Of a stretch of 64,000 nt of DNA, positions 1-8,487 are shown piece after piece. A program made the translations under genes and the position numbers. The notes beneath the pieces were generated by a model. It saw nothing but the letters and a program-made list of their open reading frames with translations. It ran no database searches and was not told the DNA's origin. Position 1 is the stretch's first letter. Each line of letters begins with the position of its first letter. The stretch comes from an uncultured delta proteobacterium (GTDB lineage: Bacteria; Desulfobacterota; Binatia; UBA9968), in the NCBI GenBank assembly GCA_963727625.1, contig CAVSHR010000004.1:256001-320000 (forward strand). The letters run 5' to 3'.

Positions 1-469
1 AGTGGGAATAATAGGCCAGATTCGCCAGAGCGCAATAGAGTCCTTGCATTTCGAGCAGCGCGGCAAACGTCAGCGACTTGTCGAGCAAGGCCCGATGGAG
101 ATTAGCCAGATGATTCGCCCCCAACTGATCTATTGAAAAGGGTGCGCCCGAAGCCGTGACCGCAAGTAAAATGCCGACCTCTTCGAACAGCTCGCGAATG
201 GCCGCCACCCAAAAGCCCGTCGCTTCACGCGGGGTGCACTGCGCACCGATGATTTTACGGGCCGATTCGGGTGGAAGACCCGCACAGCGTTGCATCATCG
301 CCGGCGAAGAGTCCTCTCTAGTCACCGAGCCGCCCGGATAACAGTACACCCCGCCTAAAATCGGCGCGCCTTGGGGCCGCCGAGTGAGAAACACCTCGAA
401 TCCCATCGGCGCGCGACGGCGCAACAAGATGACGGTGGCGGCTTGCCTCGGTTTAACGTTCTCGCTCAC
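1..469 (-). CDS. NUDIX hydrolase (NUDT19-like), runs off the window edge
   Basis: Manual translation from GTG at 469 (GTGA overlap with the upstream stop): SENVKPRQAATVILLRR...YPGGSV...AAIRELFEEVGILLA, a Nudix box. Not in the ORF track. Confidence 0.85.
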   Translation of the reverse strand, partial: MSENVKPRQAATVILLRRRAPMGFEVFLTRRPQGAPILGGVYCYPGGSVTREDSSPAMMQRCAGLPPESARKIIGAQCTPREATGFWVAAIRELFEEVGILLAVTASGAPFSIDQLGANHLANLHRALLDKSLTFAALLEMQGLYCALANLAYYSH

Positions 470-1233
470 GACACGCCCAGAGTCAGCGCTGAGCCGAAAG
501 AATTACGGCAAGGAGCGCCGGCACAATAGAAGCTTTCGAAGCGCGACTCGGCTTCGCAGAATCGCACGATGCTCGACGACACGGTGCCGGAGCCCTCGCG
601 ATGGACACAGATGGCATCGCCGGGATCATCCGAATCAACCGCCAATGAATGGTCGGCGAGCACGGGCTGCAACGCCGCAATCGCGTCGGCGCCGCTCATT
701 CGAACGATACGATCGTCCTGACCGACGACTTGGGCGAATAAGGAATAGGCTCGATCCGCCTTGGCGGAATGCAGATCGAACTCGGCCGCGCTGCTGAAAA
801 CATGCAGGCCCGGCGTAAGTTGCCGAATGATGATTTGTTCGGCGTTGTTGTAACCCACTAAAGCGCCGCGCCGGTCGGCGACGAGGACAGTAAAAGGATT
901 GTACCGAAACTGATGGTCTGCCAAAAAAGCATTGCCTTCGGCAACCGATCGGCACCTGAGTAAATCCAGGCAGAGCCGGCCGCGTGAACGGACATCGGTT
1001 ATAGGCGGACTTTCGCCGTTCCAGCGTCGGTTTAGGATGGCGGCGACGACGGCCCGGTCGTTGACGCCCAGCCAGGTGCCGCCGGCGCGCAAATCCACTC
1101 CGGCGACGATCTTCGGTTCGCCGGCCAGCAAATCCGGCGGGGCTGAAGGGCGGTCGTAGTGCTCGTCACGATTGGCGGCAAGCACCAACGGAAAGCCTTC
1201 GAACATGCGAAAAAATAACGACAATGTGCACAC
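466..1233 (-). CDS. NRDE/TANGO2 family protein
   Basis: CTL N-terminus after GTG 1233, LAANRDEHYDRP, DLRAGGTWLG, SRGRL, GTVSSS motifs. Confidence 0.9.
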   Translation of the reverse strand: MCTLSLFFRMFEGFPLVLAANRDEHYDRPSAPPDLLAGEPKIVAGVDLRAGGTWLGVNDRAVVAAILNRRWNGESPPITDVRSRGRLCLDLLRCRSVAEGNAFLADHQFRYNPFTVLVADRRGALVGYNNAEQIIIRQLTPGLHVFSSAAEFDLHSAKADRAYSLFAQVVGQDDRIVRMSGADAIAALQPVLADHSLAVDSDDPGDAICVHREGSGTVSSSIVRFCEAESRFESFYCAGAPCRNSFGSALTLGVS

Positions 1234-1339
1234 AGTCCAAGGTTTACAGAAAGAACGGCAGTTCTGCAAATCTGACCAGCGCTGTTGATTGTCGTCAAAA
1301 GTGGTTTGTGTTAGCCTCAAAAGGTTGGAAAGGGTACCC

Positions 1340-2302
1340 ATGTTTCAATCAGTGGATGAGGTGATCGCCGGCTTCGGCGCGCAAAAATATATCTGCAACA
1401 AAAATGTCGCGACGGTGGTCTACCTGGGGACGATGCTGCAAAAACCCATTCTGGTGGAAGGCCCGGCCGGCGTCGGCAAAACCGAGTTGGGCAAAGTGCT
1501 GGCGGATGCGCTCGGCATGGAGCTGATTCGCTTGCAGTGCTACGAGGGCCTCGACGAGGCCAAGGCGCTTTACGAGTGGGAATACGCCAAGCAGCTGCTC
1601 TACACGCAAATTCTCAAAGAGAAAATCGGCGATATCTTGCAAGGTTCGCAGACCCTTCAAGAAGCGGTGGATTGCGTTGCCAAGCAGGACGGAGTGTTTT
1701 TCTCGGATCGCTTTCTCTTGCCGCGCCCGTTGCTGCGCGCCTTGCTTTCCGAGCAGCGCAGCGTTTTGCTGATTGACGAAATCGACAAATCCGACGCCGA
1801 GTTCGAGGCCTTTTTGTTGGAACTGCTGAGCGATTTTCAAATCTCCGTGCCGGAAATCGGCACCCTCAAAGCCAAACATATTCCGCTGGTGATTTTGACC
1901 AGCAATAACAGCCGGGAGATGTCCGACGCGCTCAAACGCCGCTGCCTGCATCTCTACATCGATTTTCCCGAGGCCGAGCGGGAAATGGAAATCATCAAGC
2001 TCAAGGTCCCCGATGTCGGCAAACACCTCGCCGATGAAGTAGTGCGGTTGCTGCACCGCTTGCGCAAATTGGATCTGAAAAAGACCCCGAGCATCAGCGA
2101 AACCCTCGACTGGGTGCGCGCGCTCACGCTGCTCAATATCAAGCAATTGGACCACGAACTGGTGCAGGAGACTCTCTCCACGCTGATGAAATACGAGGCC
2201 GACGTGCGCAAGGCGCATCAGGAGCTCAAATCCTATCTGGCGGAAAAACAAGCGCAACGCCCAGCTTCCGAGGGCGGCAGCGAAAAAGACCATCTGCACT
2301 AA
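1340..2302 (+). CDS. MoxR family AAA+ ATPase (CoxD-like)
   Basis: Walker A GPAGVGKT, RLQCYEGLD, LLIDEIDK, SDALKRRC. Confidence 0.93.
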   Translation: MFQSVDEVIAGFGAQKYICNKNVATVVYLGTMLQKPILVEGPAGVGKTELGKVLADALGMELIRLQCYEGLDEAKALYEWEYAKQLLYTQILKEKIGDILQGSQTLQEAVDCVAKQDGVFFSDRFLLPRPLLRALLSEQRSVLLIDEIDKSDAEFEAFLLELLSDFQISVPEIGTLKAKHIPLVILTSNNSREMSDALKRRCLHLYIDFPEAEREMEIIKLKVPDVGKHLADEVVRLLHRLRKLDLKKTPSISETLDWVRALTLLNIKQLDHELVQETLSTLMKYEADVRKAHQELKSYLAEKQAQRPASEGGSEKDHLH

Positions 2303-2327
2303 AATTCCTGCCCGACGGATTTTCCGC

Positions 2328-3734
2328 ATGGAAGAGCGTATTGTCGAATTTGCCACGGTTTTGAGACGCAACGGCATTCGTGTGTCGCTTTCGGAAAACA
2401 TGGACGCATTTCGCGCTCTCGGACTGGTCGGCGTCGCCGATCATTCGCTCTTCCGCCATACGCTGCGCACCACGCTGATCAAGCGGGCCAGCGACGTAAA
2501 ACCCTTTGAAGAGCTGTTCGATTATTTTTTCCTGGGCATCGGTCAGGCGCTAGATGCTCTGGACCGGCGCATCATGGGCGAGCTCGGCTTAACGCCGGAA
2601 CAGTTCCAAGAGATGCTCGAACAGACCCAACGGTTGGTCAAGCAAATGGAAGGAGAGCTCTCGGAGTTGACGCGAGCTCTGCTGAACAACAACCGCGGCG
2701 AGCTCGAGCGCCAACTGCGCGAGGCCATGCAACAGGAAACGGAGCAGGGTACGCCGGACAGTTTTCGTCTAACTCCTTACACGCGCATGTCGGCGCGTTT
2801 ACAGTTTGATCGGGTTCAAAGCGAAATCGAGCGCTTCCGGGGCACGCTGCAGATGCTCGGCGAAAACGGCGAAGATCTGCAAAAGGTCCTGCGCTATCTC
2901 GACGAGCGCGTGCGCGACTTAAACCGCCTCCTGCGCGAAATCATCCAACAGGAGCAGCGCAAGAAAGGTTTGGAGCCGCGGGATTCTACGCAACGGAGCT
3001 CGTTGGCGGACAAGAGCTTCGCGTTTTACACCGAGGACGATATCCGGCGCATGAACGACGCGGTGGCGCGCTTGGCGCAGCGCCTGAAAAACCGCCTGTC
3101 GGTAAGGCGCAAAAGAGCCGCGCGGGGGCGCTTCAACGTCAAAGAAACGCTGCGCAAAAATCTCCAATTCGGCGGTGTGCCGTTCAATATCCAGCTCGAC
3201 CGGCGCAAAAAATCCAAGCCGCAAGTGATGGTGCTATGCGACATTTCCGACTCGGTGCTCAACGCGTCGCGCTTCATGTTGCAGTTCGTATATTCGGTGC
3301 AAGATCTCTACTCCAAGGTGCGCAGTTTCGTCTTCGTCGCCGAAATCGGCGAGGTGACGAAACTTTTCGAAGATCACGACATTCAAACCGCCGTGGAGAC
3401 GGCCTTGAAGGGCGACGTCATCGACGTTTTTTCGCATTCGAACTTCGGCCGGGCTTTCGATCAGTTTTACCGCAGCTTTTTTTCGGCGATTAACGGCAAA
3501 ACCACCGTGCTGATCATCGGCGACGGTCGCAACAACTACAACCGACCCAACGATTGGGTATTGCGCGAGATCCAGCAGAAAGCCAAACAGCTGATCTGGT
3601 TGAACCCCGAGAGCCGCATGACTTGGGGCATCGGCGACAGCGAGATGCCGCGCTACGCGCCCCATTGCCACGTCGCTGAGGAATGCCGCAGCATCAACCA
3701 ACTCTATCATATCGTCGATCTGATCGTGCCATGA
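2328..3734 (+). CDS. VWA domain protein (CoxE-like), MoxR partner
   Basis: MIDAS-like CDISDS, IIGDGRNN, WLNPE; directly downstream of the MoxR gene. Confidence 0.9.
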   Translation: MEERIVEFATVLRRNGIRVSLSENMDAFRALGLVGVADHSLFRHTLRTTLIKRASDVKPFEELFDYFFLGIGQALDALDRRIMGELGLTPEQFQEMLEQTQRLVKQMEGELSELTRALLNNNRGELERQLREAMQQETEQGTPDSFRLTPYTRMSARLQFDRVQSEIERFRGTLQMLGENGEDLQKVLRYLDERVRDLNRLLREIIQQEQRKKGLEPRDSTQRSSLADKSFAFYTEDDIRRMNDAVARLAQRLKNRLSVRRKRAARGRFNVKETLRKNLQFGGVPFNIQLDRRKKSKPQVMVLCDISDSVLNASRFMLQFVYSVQDLYSKVRSFVFVAEIGEVTKLFEDHDIQTAVETALKGDVIDVFSHSNFGRAFDQFYRSFFSAINGKTTVLIIGDGRNNYNRPNDWVLREIQQKAKQLIWLNPESRMTWGIGDSEMPRYAPHCHVAEECRSINQLYHIVDLIVP

Positions 3735-5098
3735 ACAAGAAACTCTATATTCAAACCTATGGCTGCCAGATGAACCAATATGATTCGGAGCGAATCGCCC
3801 GGGTCATGGCTCGACAGGGTTATCTCCTGACTGACCGCATCGATGCGGCCGACTTGATTCTGCTCAACACCTGCAGCGTGAGGGACAAAGCGGAGCAGAA
3901 AGTCTACAGCGCTCTGGGGGGTTGGAAAGAGTTCAAAGAATTTCGCGACGATGTGATCATTGGCGTCGGCGGCTGCGTGGCGCAGCAGGAAGGAGAGAAT
4001 CTTCTCAAGCGGGTGCCGCACCTCGACCTGGTTTTCGGCACCCACAACATCCACAAACTGCCGGCGATGGTGGAACAGGTTCAACTGGCGCGCGCCCGCC
4101 CGGTGGAAATCGCTTTCTATCGCGACCCTGCTTACATGGAGGAGATTGTCGGCCGAACCGAAGTGCGCGGCGTCAAGTCCTTTGTCACGATCATGCAAGG
4201 CTGCAACAAAGTTTGCAGCTTCTGCATCGTGCCCCATGTGCGTGGCCGCGAGCTCAGCCGTCCGAGCGCCCATATCGTCGCCGAAATCGAATCGCTGGCC
4301 AGTCAAGGCGTGATCGAAGTCATGCTACTGGGACAAAATGTCAATTCCTACGGCAAGCTCACACCGGGGGAGTTGAGCTTCGCCGAGCTGCTCGCGCGCG
4401 TTGATCGGATCGACGGGATTCAGCGAATTCGTTTTACCACCTCGCATCCGCAGGATCTTTCACCCGAATTGATTGAAGCGTACGCCACGCTGAATCAACT
4501 TTGCGAGCATCTCCATCTACCCGTTCAGTCGGGCGCCGACACGGTTCTCGAACGGATGCGCCGCGGCTACACGCGGGCGGAATATTTAAATCGCATCGAT
4601 CGCCTGCGCCGGCGCCGGCAGGAAGTCGCGTTGAGCACGGATATCATCGTCGGTTTTCCCGGCGAGAGCGACGCGGAATTTGTCCAAACTCTAGAATTGC
4701 TGGAACGAGTGGAGTATGATGAAATTTACTCGTTTCAATATTCGCCGCGGCCGCAAACCGTCTCAGCAAAGATTTATGCCGATGATGTTCCCGAAAATGT
4801 TAAAAAGGTGCGTCTAAAAGAAGTGCAGAGTTTGCAGCAGGCGATATCGTTGCGGAAAAACCGCCGGCGCATCGGGGATCTGGAGGAAATATTGGTGGAG
4901 GGGCCGTCCAAACTAAAGAATGGGCAAATTATGGGCCGCACGCGCAGCAACCGAATCGTCAACGTGGTTGCGCCTGACAGTTTGGTCGGCCAACTTGTCG
5001 CCGTTAGAATTAGCGGGGCCACCGCCAATTCGTTGCTCGGCGAAATTTTGTCGGATAAATCGGAAATGAATTCCCAGTTAGAAGAGGGCACGGCATGA
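3731..5098 (+). CDS. miaB: tRNA-2-methylthio-N6-dimethylallyladenosine synthase
   Basis: TYGCQMNQYDS, NTCSVRDKAE, radical SAM CNKVCSFC, C-terminal TRAM; ATG 3731 overlaps the upstream stop. Confidence 0.96.
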   Translation: MNKKLYIQTYGCQMNQYDSERIARVMARQGYLLTDRIDAADLILLNTCSVRDKAEQKVYSALGGWKEFKEFRDDVIIGVGGCVAQQEGENLLKRVPHLDLVFGTHNIHKLPAMVEQVQLARARPVEIAFYRDPAYMEEIVGRTEVRGVKSFVTIMQGCNKVCSFCIVPHVRGRELSRPSAHIVAEIESLASQGVIEVMLLGQNVNSYGKLTPGELSFAELLARVDRIDGIQRIRFTTSHPQDLSPELIEAYATLNQLCEHLHLPVQSGADTVLERMRRGYTRAEYLNRIDRLRRRRQEVALSTDIIVGFPGESDAEFVQTLELLERVEYDEIYSFQYSPRPQTVSAKIYADDVPENVKKVRLKEVQSLQQAISLRKNRRRIGDLEEILVEGPSKLKNGQIMGRTRSNRIVNVVAPDSLVGQLVAVRISGATANSLLGEILSDKSEMNSQLEEGTA

Positions 5099-5622
5099 TG
5101 AAAAAGGAAGATACCATCCAAATGTCGGTCGGAGGTTTGACCCTGGACCCGGTGACTAAAACGCCGATCGTTATCCTCAAAGACACCGAAAACAAGCTCA
5201 ATCTACCGATTTGGATCGGTCTGCTGGAAGCGACCGCCATGGCCACAGAAATCGAAGGCATCAAAATGGCTCGTCCGATGACCCACGATCTGCTCAAAAC
5301 TATTCTTGGCGAGGTCGGCTGCTCGGTCGAGTCCGTGGAAATTACCGAGCTCAAAGAAAACACTTATTATGCCTTGGTCAACCTCACCCTGGCCGGCCGC
5401 CAGGTCATGATCGACTCACGCCCCAGCGATGCGATCGCCTTGGCGCTGCGCACGAAGAGCCCGATTTACGTTGCCAAAGCCGTCTTGGAAGCCTCCAGCA
5501 CGTTACAGCAAAACGAAGAAGGCAGTGATCGCTCGGTCGAGAATGTATCGAACGTTTCCAAAGAAAAGTGGGCGGACATCTTGGAAAAAATGACTCCGGA
5601 TGATTTTAAATATAAACAATAG
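5095..5622 (+). CDS. Bifunctional nuclease family protein (DUF151)
   Basis: LPIWIG, RPMTHDL, DSRPSDAIALA. Confidence 0.92.
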   Translation: MMKKEDTIQMSVGGLTLDPVTKTPIVILKDTENKLNLPIWIGLLEATAMATEIEGIKMARPMTHDLLKTILGEVGCSVESVEITELKENTYYALVNLTLAGRQVMIDSRPSDAIALALRTKSPIYVAKAVLEASSTLQQNEEGSDRSVENVSNVSKEKWADILEKMTPDDFKYKQ

Positions 5623-5708
5623 GCAAGGCTTCATTTCGTCCTGAGAAGGTGCGTACGACTATCGAACGACTCGGTCGAGATTTCTCCCTGCGCGTTTCAA
5701 AATAACTT

Positions 5709-6392
5709 ATGGCAACCGCAAGCAAGCGAATAACTAGGAAACAACTGCGCCAGCCTGACTGGTTTCAAGTGACCACAGAAAATGCGCTGGAATATTTTAA
5801 CCACCACCGATCCCTGGTGTTCGCCGCGGTCGCCGGAGTCTTGCTTTTAGGCGCGCTCGTTTGGGGTTGGCAGCTGTTCAAGCAAAAGCAAAATCTTGCC
5901 GCTTCGCAGGAGTTCAGCAAAGCGCTCGCGCTGTATCACAGCGAAAAATTCGGCGATGCCGTCAACGCCTTTGAAAGGGTAAAAAGCTATCGCTGGTCGC
6001 GTTATGCGGTCTTGGCCCACCTTTATTTGACTAACAGCTACCTGGCGACCAACGCCCTCGATAAAGCTGTAACCGAGGGGCAACGCTCCGTGGCGGCAAC
6101 CAGCCCGGATAGCCTTTATCGCCAGATCGCGCTTATCGATCTCGCCACTGCCGAAGAACAAAAGCAGCAGTGCAAAGTGGCGATAGGCCGCTATAGCGAA
6201 GCGCAAAATATCCCTGGTCCCTTGCAAGCCAAGGCTCTGCTCGGCAAAGCTCGCTGCGCCGAACAACTCGGGGAGGTGCCGACCGCAATCGCTGCTTATA
6301 AGGAGTATGTCAAAGACAACCCCGGCTCGCCGTATGCTGTGAGGGTAGCTGAACTAGAAGCCAAAGCGGCCGCGACTGCGGCGGCCAAGTAA
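5709..6392 (+). CDS. YfgM-like membrane-anchored TPR protein
   Basis: RKQLRQPD N-terminus, one TM helix, TPR-like helices. Confidence 0.75.
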   Translation: MATASKRITRKQLRQPDWFQVTTENALEYFNHHRSLVFAAVAGVLLLGALVWGWQLFKQKQNLAASQEFSKALALYHSEKFGDAVNAFERVKSYRWSRYAVLAHLYLTNSYLATNALDKAVTEGQRSVAATSPDSLYRQIALIDLATAEEQKQQCKVAIGRYSEAQNIPGPLQAKALLGKARCAEQLGEVPTAIAAYKEYVKDNPGSPYAVRVAELEAKAAATAAAK

Positions 6393-6411
6393 GTTTGCGG
6401 GTTTATATATA

Positions 6412-6439
6412 ACGTCTGATAAGATATAGAAAATTTGAT
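6412..6439 (+). other. Hybrid dif-like attL: intact XerC arm and spacer, degenerate XerD arm
   Basis: ACGTCTGATAA-GATATA-GAAAATTTGAT. Confidence 0.75.
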
Positions 6440-6459
6440 TTTCAGAGTAGGGTAGTATC

Positions 6460-6489
6460 ACGTCCGATCGTCCTCCAATTATGTAACCC
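6460..6489 (+). other. Second Xer-like site with 8-bp spacer (cer-like geometry)
   Basis: ACGTCCGATCG-TCCTCCAA-TTATGTAACCC; 8/11 and 9/11 matches to the two arms of the dif at 8306. Confidence 0.55.
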
Positions 6490-6492
6490 TTA

Positions 6493-7140
6493 CTAATTTT
6501 TCTTATCTCTTTTTTCTACTGCATTTTTCGCCCCAGCCGGGAGTGTTTCATATAAGTTCCCCACTCGCATTGGCATGGATATCATGTACTCGACAATGAG
6601 ATTTACTAAAGGGAAAAGCTTGTCTGCCACCCCTACGTCATCCGCATCGATCTGACCCGGATGTACGGCATTGTTTCCTATAACGCGAACACTATCCAAC
6701 GCTTTTTGCATGGTTGCAGGTAAACCTTTTGACACCAACATTCCAATATCATCATTGAGATTGGTACCCGCACCCCCGAGATGAATGCACAGTTTCTGTA
6801 TTGCTAGACGAAGCAATGCAGCTGCCCCTCTCGGTGAGATCAGCGCGATTTGTGCCGCTTCTTCGTAATCAGCTTTCACCGCCGGTGGCATGTCTGCGGG
6901 TGGCAAAGGAGCCGCGCCCCGATTCGGATACACTATCGAATGCGCGTGCCATATAGATAATTCCCCGCAGTGTTCGCACTGCCCCAAGGATACGTCGGCT
7001 TCAAAATAATTCGGATGGCCTTCTGGAACTGCAGGACAATTGCGAGAGTTCCTGTACCCCCATTTGTAAGACCGGGCATACACGCCACAATGCGGGCAGG
7101 TGAATGCTTTGGTATCACGATCCGGCGCCACGTAGCTCAT
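6493..7140 (-). CDS. Zn-ribbon + DUF4145 (HEPN-like) domain protein
   Basis: CPHC and CEHC; DYEEA...SPRGAAALLRLAIQKLC...RVIGNNAVHPG. Confidence 0.85.
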   Translation of the reverse strand: MSYVAPDRDTKAFTCPHCGVYARSYKWGYRNSRNCPAVPEGHPNYFEADVSLGQCEHCGELSIWHAHSIVYPNRGAAPLPPADMPPAVKADYEEAAQIALISPRGAAALLRLAIQKLCIHLGGAGTNLNDDIGMLVSKGLPATMQKALDSVRVIGNNAVHPGQIDADDVGVADKLFPLVNLIVEYMISMPMRVGNLYETLPAGAKNAVEKRDKKN

Positions 7141-7221
7141 GAATCAAGATCCCCATTCGTGCCGAACTTTCTCAATAATTTTTAAGTCCCTAATTTTAGT
7201 ACTCCAACTATCGGTATCCGC

Positions 7222-7410
7222 GCAAGGCCGTGCCCGAGGAAATATTGAGCGACGATCAAACAGCAGCGCGTGCACTTGCCTTGCAGTGCTCCGCCACATG
7301 AACCTTTTTCCGGACCCGGGAAAACCCTCGGGCACGTAAGAGGGTTTTCCATCGAGTGCTTACCACTCCGAGGCATCGCGCGCCTGGATGCTCCGGGCGC
7401 ACGGTGCCTC
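7222..7410 (-). ncRNA. Candidate structured RNA or ssDNA element (tandem hairpins, two loop-target pairings)
   Basis: Hairpins at 7272-7289, 7319-7350, 7354-7368 and 7370-7410; two loops are complementary to 7222-7228 and 7229-7235. Strand assumed from flanking genes. Confidence 0.4.
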
Positions 7411-7684
7411 AATGAACTCTCACCGATGAATCTGAGAGATTCAGCTTTGAAACTTTTCCGCCACCCTCAATAACAGCATCAGCGATCTCATTGATTACAG
7501 ACGGACCGCCAAGAACGAGAGTAGAGTCACAGAACACGCAATGAATCTCTAAATCGTCCGAACCGAGATCAAACCGTTGAACCCTCAACTTATGGTCGGC
7601 TTCAAGATGACGCCTGATAGCCCGGCGGATCTGTTTTCCCGCTAATCTCATGCTAGCCCTCTGTAACCCTTTGATTTTATTCAC
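7409..7684 (-). CDS. Hypothetical protein (91 aa, basic N-terminus, HCxxC)
   Basis: ORF co-oriented with neighbours inside the dif element; no family recognised. Confidence 0.55.
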   Translation of the reverse strand: MNKIKGLQRASMRLAGKQIRRAIRRHLEADHKLRVQRFDLGSDDLEIHCVFCDSTLVLGGPSVINEIADAVIEGGGKVSKLNLSDSSVRVH

Positions 7685-7733
7685 TCGGTTCTAAAACGTT
7701 TAGCAATCAAGATTAAAGAGAGAATTCCACCGT

Positions 7734-8021
7734 TCACTCTGGCAGTCCTCCCTGTTCGCGATCTGCAGCGCCCTTAAGCTGAGAGATCAGCCGCTTTAGA
7801 CGATCAATGCTCTGGAATTCATTATCGCGCAGAACGTCTTCGAAGAATCGCGCCGCATAGATCAGCACGCCATCCTTAAACTTGATCACACTCTCCAGAC
7901 GTTTGATTTCTGCGTGCAGGCGGGCGAGCTCGCTGCAGAGCGCTCGGTGATTATCTTCAACAGTCCGGTGTTGAACTGTTGCCTTATATTCAGGTGGAAG
8001 AAGCTGGATACGACGGCTCAC
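7734..8021 (-). CDS. Hypothetical coiled-coil protein (95 aa)
   Basis: GTG start with AAGGGG upstream; heptad-like LCSELARLHAEIKRLESVI. Confidence 0.6.
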   Translation of the reverse strand: MSRRIQLLPPEYKATVQHRTVEDNHRALCSELARLHAEIKRLESVIKFKDGVLIYAARFFEDVLRDNEFQSIDRLKRLISQLKGAADREQGGLPE

Positions 8022-8305
8022 GGCAAATTTACCCCTTGGATAAATTCACCGTCACCATTTGCACGGCGTTCAGGTCCTAGTAGACTCTGCGGACCTGTTT
8101 TCTCCGGACGCACCGGTGGAAACTTAACACAACTAGAACGGCGAGGTATTTGCCTTAAGCCCCTCAACAGGCGCGATGTACTTTTCGAACTAGCCGGCCA
8201 TTGTGAGTCTAGCCGCCCCTTAGATAACACAGGGGGGAGACCCTTACAAGAGGCCCTAAACAGGGCGCTTTGATAAAAAGGGCGCTTACCAGTCCGCCAT
8301 AGCTA

Positions 8306-8333
8306 ACGTCTGATAAGATATATTATGTAAACT
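8306..8333 (+). other. dif: Chromosomal dif site (XerC/XerD dimer resolution)
   Basis: ACGTCTGATAA-GATATA-TTATGTAAACT: 11-6-11 layout with a XerD arm close to the conserved TTATGTTAAAT; intergenic; core-gene strand flips here. Confidence 0.9.
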
Positions 8334-8487
8334 TTAATAGATAGCTTCAGTTTGATTCGCTTAAAGATGCCGAACTCTTTCCTGTTTCGCCTTCCCCGCC
8401 ATCTCGTTTGAATATTGACTCGCTCCATCCATGCACGACTCGAAAGCTCATTTCGCCCTCGCGCCCGACCATTAAAGCTACGCTGGA

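Larger units (their letters stand above)
6410..8333. mobile_element. Small integrase-less element inserted at dif (IMEX-like)
   Basis: 19-bp direct repeat TAACGTCTGATAAGATATA at 6410-6428 and 8304-8322; the right copy continues into an intact XerD arm and the left does not; interior is visibly AT-richer and carries orphan ORFs. Confidence 0.8.

Noticed and set aside
1349-2401. 350-aa antisense ORF over the MoxR gene (similar shadows at 16775-17716, 46304-47287, 55822-56571, 62756-63583)
   Set aside because: They mirror well-supported genes, show no motifs, and are expected from codon bias in GC-rich DNA.
7141-7410. Retron msr-msd or CRISPR-associated RNA
   Set aside because: No reverse transcriptase or Cas gene is present in the element or the window.
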